64,000 bases of DNA. Source: Carpediemonas membranifera BICM. Taxonomy: Eukaryota > Protista > Fornicata. The notes beneath the pieces are model-generated. The model was not told the origin of the DNA. It ran no database searches and worked only from the letters and a program-made list of their open reading frames with translations. How positions within the stretch are numbered: the first letter of the stretch is position 1; each line of letters starts with the position of its first letter. The translations under genes were made by a program, and so were the position numbers. Of this stretch, positions 32,537 through 42,281 are shown one piece after another. The stretch is from positions 1 to 64,000 of the forward strand of contig JAHDYR010000032.1 of assembly GCA_019828565.1 (NCBI GenBank), in the 5' to 3' direction.

Positions 32537-35461
32537 GTGGAGTCCGCCCGGAGGCCGGAGTCCACGCCCGCACCCGCGCCCATGCCCGCACCCGCGCCTG
32601 TGCCCACGCCTACGCACGCGCCCACGCCCGCACTTACGCCCGCGGGAAACAATGGCGCGCCAGGAAGCCCAGCGGCAGAGGCACCAGCCTCCGCTCAGCG
32701 AGCACGGAGACCGGTCCGAGCGAGGAAGGTCAAGCTCCCGTACACCCCACCCTCGCCCCGCCGAAGAGCTCCGCGGGCGGTTGGCATCCCGGTCGCCCGG
32801 TTGACATCGAGGGCAGCAGAGGGCGACCAGGCACACGCAGCCCGTGTCGAGCTTGGGGCGTTCCTGACCCCATCGCCCAGGCCAGACCTCCACCGCATGT
32901 CCCGCACATCCAGCCCAACGTCGGATTACGAGTCCTCGTGGGGCGGCGAAGGTGAGGAGACAGACTCCGAGGCCACGGTGATAGACCAGAGCGCATCATC
33001 AGAGGACCCTGACGATTATACGGAGGAATATGAGGACCCCCAAGCCTCCCGGTCTGGTCCTGACGGAGAGGCACACACGGGCGGGAACCACACTGAAATG
33101 CCGGAGGAGCTTGAGTTAAGCCCCGATGAAAGTGACAGCGGCGATGACGGCGGACAGGAGTATTACCCTACTGACGACGCCCCCTCAGAAACCGATGAGG
33201 TGAGCGTAACAGAGCCTGACGCTGCAGGCTCGGCCACCGAGGCCCCAACCTTCATCCTTGGCTCTGACGAAGACTACGAGTCCTTGTCGGGAGGCGGGGC
33301 AGAGGGGTCCAGCGATGACGAGCCCGACTTCACCTCCGCGACATGCCCCATACGCCTGCCGGGCGTACCAGACGCCGCGACCGGCAGGGACCTCCGACAC
33401 CTGCTGGTGGCTGCGACGGCGGACCAGATTAGCAGATACTGCGGGTGCCAGGAGTTACCACGCATCTGCAGAGAATGCGGGATGGTCTTCCGCCATGGCG
33501 GCCACGCAATCTGGCGCCGGCACGTCAATGTGGATCAATGTGACGACAGCAGGCTCGCCAACCGCATCACAGCAGCGTCCATACAGCTTGAGATGGCGGC
33601 GAGAGTCGGACACCGAGCCCCACATATGGCCCAGACCCACCTGCCCCAGAGACCACGCGGCGTCGTCCCCCACAGCGAGCTCGCACCAGCAGGCACAGCG
33701 CTGGCCGGGAGATCCCTGGGTAGAGCACGCATGCTCGGGAGCATGAACCTGTCTGCAGACAGCAGGGCAGTCATCACCTCGAAATTGAGTCAGCTCAGAG
33801 CGTTCATGGCGGGACACCCACAGGAGGGCGTCGACCGCGCGATGGAGACGGTCGCAGTGCTCATCAGGTGCCTGCCACACAGCGGGAAGTTCGCTGCGGT
33901 CGGCTTCCGAAATGCCATCAGACGGGTAATCCGCAACATCCCTGCCACCCCCCCGCACCGCCGCATCCCGGCAGAGGAGACAGGTTGAGAAGGCAGTGGA
34001 CTCTTTCATGCTTGGACAGGTCGGAAAATCACGGAAGCTTCTGGCACCACGCCATGAGTCGGCATGGTCGGAGGACCAAATAGTGGCGGAGGTCCACAGG
34101 CTCTTCCCGGCAGACCGTGCTGATGAGATCGTACCCCTCCCACGCACAACGGTGGCTCGAGCGGAGTCCCTGAAATGGGCCAGCCCACCGCCCACACTAC
34201 CGAGGGACCTGCCGACCCGAGAATGCGAGGAGATCATGACCGGCCTGGACGGCACCAAAGCGGCGGGACTGTCAGGATGGTCGAACAAACACATCTTACA
34301 GCTCCTGGGCCGGCATCTCGCCACCGACACGAGGGAGGAACGCCCGACGTCTGAGGCCAGCCGACTCCAACAAATCGGTAGTCAGCGCAATGACCGAGAT
34401 TGTCTCCTGCATCGTGAGGGGTGAGTCGTCCTGCAGACCGTTGACGCAGGCATACCTCTCGATGCTGCCAAAGCCGAACGGTAGCCTGAGGCCAATAGGG
34501 GTGAACGAACCGTTCTACGTGATCGCAGGCAAATACCTCGCTAAGCTTGCTCTCGGGCACCTGAAGCCAGACGACAGCGGGGACGACCCGGCCGGGGCAC
34601 TGCCGGACTGGCTGCCGGAACAATATGGCCTGGGCGGCCGGAGCGACGTGGAGAAACTGATCGACCGTGTCGACAAGGCATACCGGGCTGGGAAGTATAT
34701 CGTCATAGCGGACTTCACGAACGCCTTCAACGAAGCGAACCGTCACACGATGAAGGCCATGGTTCATGAGTACGCGCCGGCCCTTACTGACTTTGTCGAC
34801 CAGTTCTACGACGACCCGCGCCTCTACTACGAGACATACGGCGCGGCTGGCACAACCGCGCGGTGGGTGGACGTCAAACGCGGGACCATCCAAGGAGACG
34901 CTCTTGGCCCGCTGCTGTTCTCCTTCGTCATGCGCTGCATACTCGACGAGCTCACCGAGGCGGCTCCAAATGAACGCTTTGCGTACCTGGATGATGTCGC
35001 CAGTATCCACAGCACGGCTGGCGACGCCACGGCTGAGATCGCCACGCTCACGCGCATCGCGTCGAAGTATGGTCTCCGCCTGAACATGGCGAAGACGGTG
35101 ATCCTCGCCAACCCGGACGTACACGACGCAGGACACCCATTCGTACATGCGTGGGAATACCTCGGGGTGACCATCGGCCCGACCACGAGCCGCGTTACAG
35201 CGGTGCAGGTTACGGCTGAGAAGGTTATTGACGAGCTCAGCTGGCTGTGTGGAATTATCGAGCAGTCGACGGGGCACGCGAAAAACCAGGTGTCCTGGAT
35301 GTGTCTGCACATCATCCGCAAATGCATCAGCGCGGACCTGAATTTCATGTTCAGGACGAACGCACCGAATGTAGCCATCGCTGAGAGGTTAGAAGCCAGC
35401 CTCATCGAGGTGGCGAGGGTCATAGCGAACTCCCCAGCCGGCTGGGAGAGCGCGAGGTTAG
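32537..35461 (+). CDS. CRE-like element ORF: acidic region, Zn finger (CREC..H), reverse transcriptase; frameshifts near 33950 and 34350; continues at 54987-55638 and 60314-60842
   Basis: ORFs 32537..33988, 33996..34424, 34390..35466, 55049..55672 and 60324..60842. Confidence 0.85.
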
Positions 35462-37131
35462 TGTAGACCTTCGGGTCGATTAGTTTTATCCAATTTTGTG
35501 TCCCGGGTCAAACCCTATAAATCCTCTCTCTCCTCTCATCGCTACAGTAATTACTGGTACCTAGTAAGATGAATCAGCTCCAGTCAATTGACCTGTTTAT
35601 GGCCCCCTTCCTCACCAAGACTACTCAGAAAGAGTGGGAGGAATTCCGCGAGAACTATTACGCGTACCGTGCCAAAGGCGGTGCTATTCCTATTAAGCAC
35701 TTGATTGGCCGTACGGTATGGCAAATCTTCGCTCTCCGTGACCCCGCTCTCAAAGAATCCCTTCCTGATCCCGCTCGCAACGCCCTTGTTGCTGAGGGAG
35801 GACGATGAGAGCGACGAAGACTTCGAAGACGCCACGGATGATGACACCGAGGACGAAGCACCTATTCCTGATCCTCTTCCCGTTTTCCCCGAGGACGCCG
35901 AATCCTCGCGCATCCTACGCCGCATCAACGTTCTCTTCCAGCCCATCGACCGCAGAGAAGCCCTTGACCGCTTCGAGCGGATTACCTGCCACTCTCGTGG
36001 TCCCCTTCAGGACAACGTTCTCCGTTACGTCCATGCATATCAGACGCAGCTTGAGAACTGCGGCGATGTTCGCCCTTCAATCAAGCAACTCGTCCGCTGT
36101 TTCGTGCAGCACATCCAGCCGGAGCGCCTCCGCGATCGCGTCTTAACCTACCAGGATCGCCGGGACCTAGACGCCACTTTCCGCGCCGCCATAGAGCAGG
36201 CTCGGCACGTGGAACAGGTCACCCGCGAGGGGGACCGCCTACGCGCCGCTGAACGCCCGGGCCCTGTGGGTTCGTGAGAACAAAGCTTTACAAAGAATAG
36301 AGCTCGACACCCATGTGTCGAGCTGGACGACTCAAGACTATTAAATAATCTATTGATGAACCAACACTTCCCTCCCATGCTCCGGTAGAGCATCAAAAAA
36401 CTCAACACTATTATGAAGGGTGTGCTAGGTGCTTGGTCCGGGTGAATTGCCCAGATACAAGCTCCAGTAACCGTCGCTTCCATGGGGACTCGCCATGGAG
36501 CCGGAGTTGGCAATGGACTAAGCCCTATTGCCTGAACCGTTGTGAGCTCGGGACTTTCGAGTTCATCGGATACCCGTTGACCAGACTGGCTATAAAAACC
36601 CTGTGTCTTATGCCCGGCGTGATGTCCAGTCACGTTTCTGAGATATGCTTACCTCACTACCAAATCTAAATTACCTAATATTATCTGATCAAATCTTGCG
36701 TGGTACCACTGTATTAGCGCGCTATGTTATGGGTATCCTTACCTGGGGTCCTGCCCCTCTTGAAAGTCTTTGAAACATACCCGACGATTCTGAAAGGGTC
36801 AAATGGCGCACTTTTAGGTGCCATCGATGTCCCCATGTCAATTCTTACCAGAGGTTGGTTACATTCCGCCTAATCTTACACGGCGTTCAAAAAACGGGTT
36901 AAGAGGCTCCAATTCCTTCTCGTTCGCGAGATATGGCACTTTTTCGTTTTGCACCGCCGGAAACACTTTTTGGATCCCGAAAACGCGGCTATATTGAATA
37001 ACAACATCAGTTCCACCATGTAAACAACTCTATGTTCCACTTCTGAACAGCATTGTTGCGTAACCATTGCGTTTCATCGATTTCGCATTTTTTGCTTTCT
37101 GGAAAGTCGACTTTCTAGACGATCACAGCTC

Positions 37132-38253
37132 ATGGGGGATTTCGACGCCGCTGTGGAAACTATTCTAAATCGTCTTACGACTAACACTTCGAGAATGCAA
37201 TTTTGCCGTCTCCTCCGTCGCCATATCTCTGAAACTGGTTCCTACCTCGAGCTGTTCACCCCTTACCAGCCGCGACGTGCTCCTAGGCGCCAAAACGTCC
37301 CTAATGTCCCAGAGGAACTTGCTGGCGCCGTAACCAGTTCTGCATCTGACAGCGAGAGCGTTAACGCCGTCGACCTACGCTACCTTCCGGCTTCTCCTGA
37401 CCCAACCGACAATGAGTCTGACTCCGAGTCGGACGACACCCCGCCATCCCTCTCTGGCTACGTGGAACTCGTCACCCGGCAGGCAGTCAGCTACTACTGG
37501 AACTCTCCCCGGACTGAGTTACTGCTGCTCACCGACAACCGGCTGCACTCTTACACCCGCGCTTCCGCTGCAGTGCACTCGCATGACGCCGGCGCTGATC
37601 TCTGCCGTGACGCTATCGTACTCCAGGCGATGTCGGCTTACCTCTCCATACGTCGCGATTCGACTGATGCTGCCATCGTTTCAGCCTACCTCACTGCTGT
37701 TCGAGACAAACGCGCGTATGTGCCGAACGCGCTCAAGCAAGAGATCGAGAATCGCTCTGGCCTCAGCATCGTCACCATGCGTCCTCATGTCTTCCGTGCT
37801 GTCATGCTCGGCCACGATGTCAACCTATATTTTGTGCTGCACATGGGAGAGGCCCTCGGTATCCTCACCCGCGCTGATTGCGCTGAGTTCGCTCGTCAGT
37901 ACTTCGCTCGCATGCGTAGCGGCGCTTCCTTCGACGACGCAGAGTTCAGTCTTCTGTCAGGCTTCATGCCGGTTACTGCTGACCGCGCCCCGTCGCTGAC
38001 TCTGCAAGACATGACTTCTGCAGCCTTCACGGTCTCGCGTGTTTGGCATTATCGTTTTGACGCCCCTGGTCTTCTGCGCCTGCATGTCAGTTATGAGGAA
38101 TGCCCCAATGTGAGCAGCATTGCCATCGCTACTCGGCGCATGCAGACTCACCCTGCCGTTGCCCAGTTCCTCACTGAGCATCTGTCTTACGAGTCTTACC
38201 TCGCCGACGACGTTGCCCTCGATGGTAACGTCCGTTGTGACACTTGCGAATAA
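37132..38253 (+). CDS. Family B antisense accessory protein, 373 aa, with a chromo/chromoshadow-like C-terminal domain
   Basis: Intact ATG-to-TAA ORF inside the LTRs, not overlapping pol; homologous to 752..1267. Confidence 0.85.
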   Translation: MGDFDAAVETILNRLTTNTSRMQFCRLLRRHISETGSYLELFTPYQPRRAPRRQNVPNVPEELAGAVTSSASDSESVNAVDLRYLPASPDPTDNESDSESDDTPPSLSGYVELVTRQAVSYYWNSPRTELLLLTDNRLHSYTRASAAVHSHDAGADLCRDAIVLQAMSAYLSIRRDSTDAAIVSAYLTAVRDKRAYVPNALKQEIENRSGLSIVTMRPHVFRAVMLGHDVNLYFVLHMGEALGILTRADCAEFARQYFARMRSGASFDDAEFSLLSGFMPVTADRAPSLTLQDMTSAAFTVSRVWHYRFDAPGLLRLHVSYEECPNVSSIAIATRRMQTHPAVAQFLTEHLSYESYLADDVALDGNVRCDTCE

Positions 38254-38278
38254 ACAGTTTCTGATGCTTGGGGGCCAT

Positions 38279-41200
38279 TTATTCGGCCTTCCCCAGATAT
38301 ATATCCAACGCTTCGCATCCCTTAACGTTCTGGTACGGCTCCCACGTATCTTCCGAAGGCTCGTACCCTGCCCATCGGACGTGGAACTGCCGATCGCTGA
38401 GTCTGCGCTCATGCGTTGCTTCGTATATCGACTCCACGACATACTCGCCGATCGTCACTGCTGCTAGCTCTTGGGCATGTTGCATGGACAGCTCGCCTGA
38501 AAATGGTCTGACCCTCTCGGACGCGACCTGGAATTCGGTCCTCGTATTGACATCTCTAACCCAGTAACCAACAGGAAAGTCATTCCTCATGATAGGCTGG
38601 ATCAGTTGCATGGGGCCTCGCCACCCTGCAGCCAACTTTGATGGTGGCCCATTCGGGTATTTGACCAATACAAACTCAGACGTAATTGGTTCAGGAGGGG
38701 GCAGCTTGCTGAGAGCGTCAGCGTGCATTGCCTTAATACGTGCTTCAGCGAGCTCTCGAGCGAGTTTGGCAGCAGCTACGTTGCTCGCTGGTTGGCTGAC
38801 CGCCTTCTCACCCAGTTCTTTGACGATTAGCATGTCGGCCGGTACGCGCAGATCACTACCAAAAATCACCTCTGCTGGGGTTAAACGCGTTGCTGAGTGT
38901 GGTGTCGCGTTGACAATGTACTGTGCGACTGGCAACGACTCCGACCACAGCTCCGACCTCAGCTCGTACTGCCGCGCCCTCAGAATACGCTCGACTCTGC
39001 TGTTCGCTCGTTCGACCACTCCATTTGACTGTGGATGATATGGAGTGGTTGTATGGATTGAAAAGCCAACTCGGACGGACAAGTCCTTGAACAGCTTGTT
39101 GACAAACTGCTTGCCTCCGTCTGTTTGGAGGACTCGAGGGACTCCATACCTGAGTATCCACTGGTCAGCAAATGCTCTGACAGCTTCGTCGGCTCTCGTT
39201 GTCTTCAGCGGAATGAGCTCGGTCCACCTCGAAGCCATATCGACTACTACTAAAATGAACTTGTATCCGAGCGACTCGGGCAACGGACCGATAGTGTCCA
39301 TTGCTACCTTCATGAACGGCCTGAGTCCGGCTGTATGTAAGTATGCCCTGGCGGCTTCAGCTGGTTTTGCTGTGAGTTGACATACCGGACATCTGTCGAT
39401 CACCCTCGCCACCTGATCCACGGGCGCCCTCTTGCCATGTGTCCTCAAGAATTGTATCGTGGTATGCAGTGGCAGGTGAGCTTGCCCGTGTCTGTGTGCC
39501 TCAGCTATCTCCGTCTCAGACGCCACTGGCAACCGATCTGCCGATGCCGCAAACACGCGACTGAGACCATCGGCTGCACTGTTATCCACTCCGGCCACAT
39601 GTTTGATCGTGAAATCAAGATCAGATATTGATTCGTACCACCGTTGAACCTTGGAGTTGGAAGAACGCGACATAAACACAAGATTGCGATGATCAGTCAG
39701 CAATGTGAATGGTGTCCAACACAAGAACCTGCGCCACCTCTGCAACGCGGAAACGATTGCATACGCCTCCTGTTCAATTGTGCTCCATCTCGTCTGCACA
39801 TCGTTGAAAGACTTGGACATGTATGACACCGGCTTACCGTCTTGTAGCAACACTCCGCCAATTCCAAGGTCTGACGCGTCAGTCATGACGACGTGCTCAC
39901 GGGTAACATCGAAGTGTTCGAGGGCGGGAGCCTGACACAGCAGATCTTTGACCTGCGCCAAAGCCTCGACCTGATCGCTGCCGTCGGGAGGTGCCTTGCC
40001 ACACGCGGCTTGAGCTAAAGGGTGCACGATCCTCGAAAAACCTGGCACAAAATCTCTCATGAAGTTCAAGAATCCCATTAGGGCTTGAGCGGCCTTCTTC
40101 GTCTTCGGGACACGCAGCGTCTCAACATCCCGAATGCGGTCTGGCGCCATTCTAAATCCTGTACCCGACACCACCCAGCCTAAGAACTCGACTTCTGCGA
40201 GTCCAAAGTGTGACTTCTCCTTGTTGAGGCTGAGTTTCAACTCTTCGGCCCTCGCCAACACCTTGTTCAAGTTGGACAAGTACTCTTGCTCTGTGCGGCC
40301 GAAAATTATAATGTCGTCAATATATATGATACACGCGGTACCAAGTAGATCGTGGAATCCCCGTTCAATTGCAAACTGGAAATGCGCCCCAGCGTTTTTT
40401 CAATCCAAACGGCATGCCCGTATACTGGAACTTGCCTCGTGGGGTCTGGAACGCAGTGTATTGTCTCGACCTTTCGGACAACTTGACTTGATGATAACCC
40501 TTCGAAAGGTCAATCGTGGCGAAGATCTTAGCTCCTGCCAACCGTGCGAGGCACGCTTGAACCTCTGGGATCGGGTAATCAAACGGCTCAGTCAGGTCGT
40601 TGATCCTTCTGAAATCGACAACCATACGAGTTCTGTCTCGGCCCTTCGGGACGAGGAGAGCTGGGGACGAGTACGGAGAGAAACTCGCCTCAATATACTT
40701 CTTGGCTAACAGCTCCCGGACGTGCTCATCAAACAGACCCTGCTTCTGGTGAGGGATGTAATTTGACCTGGACGCTACTACTCGGTCCTCCTTCAAGATC
40801 AGGTCATAAGGCTCTAAGGCAGAAAACCCCTCACGCTCCTCGAAGCAACGGCTGAACTTGGCGATGATTCGCGCATGCATCGCTGTAAAATCTGTTGACA
40901 TAGTGTAGGACTGCATCGCGTCCATTGGGGGGACGGACGGTTCCATATCGTCAGAGTCCCGGCTCGCTTGAGATTCCGCGACACTGGGCAGGATGCCCCA
41001 CTCAACCATCGTTGGGTACGACAATAGAAGGTCGTAGATGCATTCAACTCCGTATGCGGCGACAGTAGTCGACAGTGCCTTTGGAGTGAAAGGTGACTTA
41101 TGCATGAGAAGGGGAATCTCATAGCAAACGTCGGACTCAATAGATCCCCCTGGAGTCTTGATGACGATAGGTTGACTGAGCTTCGTCGGAATAAGTTCAG

Positions 41201-42281
41201 CAGCGGTTGCCGACTGGGGGTTCACCAAGCAAATATCCGCCCCGCAGTCGAAAAGTACACGCTCCCATTGCACACTGTGATCATTACCGACCGGAACCTC
41301 TGCTGTTACTATCGGGAGCGCGTTGCTGTGTGTCTGACTCAACGATGTCAGGACATGAGCGGGTGCACGAGAAAAGGATGAACAAGCCTGGGGGTTTACT
41401 GAAGTACCCCGACAGAACTTGTCTTGATGTCCCTGCTTACCGCACTTGCTGCAGACAGTCTTCGGGTTCCGACACTGGCGCGATGTGTGACCGGACTTGC
41501 CGCAGTTGTAGCACACGATGGTACGGCTGGTGCTCTGATGATCGGTGCTTGAGCCGGTCTGCTGACTTCTCTGCATTTCAGACTGGGCTCCCCGGTACTG
41601 GTGCTTGCCATGAGACTGGTGCTCACCCGGGTGAGGCGGGCCGCCCTGTCGGCGCAGACCTCGAGAATGGCTTGCGCGCTGGTCCTTAGGAGGGCGGTTT
41701 CGAGGCTGAGAATCGGACTTGATGGTCCTGGAAGTAATCATCGCAGCCTCTTGGAGACGCTTGCACGTCTGGAGAGCGACCTGGATGGTGCTGTTAAGGT
41801 CAAGCCCTGTAGCCGCCTCCTTGACCTCCCTACGGAGGTCCTCGTCCTGGATTCCCTTCACGAACATGCTGCGCATCACGGCGTCGGAGAAAGAGGGAGC
41901 CAAGACGGCCTTGCGGCTGATGAATCTGTCGGCATAGAGTGAGAGACGTCCCACGTCAATACCCTGGGTCGTTAGCTGGAAAAGACGGCGCTCTAGGATC
42001 GGATCAGTGGGCTTAATTGCGTTAGCAATCGCTCTGAAAACGAGGTCCTCTCTCTCATGTTTCTTACGCTTCTCGCCCGTCACTGTGTTGTGCTTCGCGC
42101 TCTTGTACGTCTTGGCTACGTCTACACCAACTGCTGCACAGTATGAGGTGACAGCCGGACCCAAACGCTTGATAAGTCGGCGTTTTCCGCCCGTTCGGAC
42201 ATGGCGATCGAGTTTCTCCTTAAACGAAAGCAGAGCATTAATCTCTGGTTGAGTACATAACGGACCCTTGTCCTCAGTCAT
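38279..42281 (-). CDS. Family B Gag-Pol with chromodomain; one +1 indel in the T run at ~40395-40400
   Basis: ORFs 40365..42281 and 38279..40279; all gypsy domains present. Confidence 0.94.

Noticed and set aside
34234-35423. Long minus-strand ORFs opposite RT and host genes
   Set aside because: Antisense shadows of GC3-rich coding frames.
35555-35568. TGGTACC after the family C LTR as a tRNA primer-binding site
   Set aside because: It is 8 nt from the LTR, overlaps the palindrome, and matches no tRNA 3' end I recognise. Not fully excluded without the host tRNA set.
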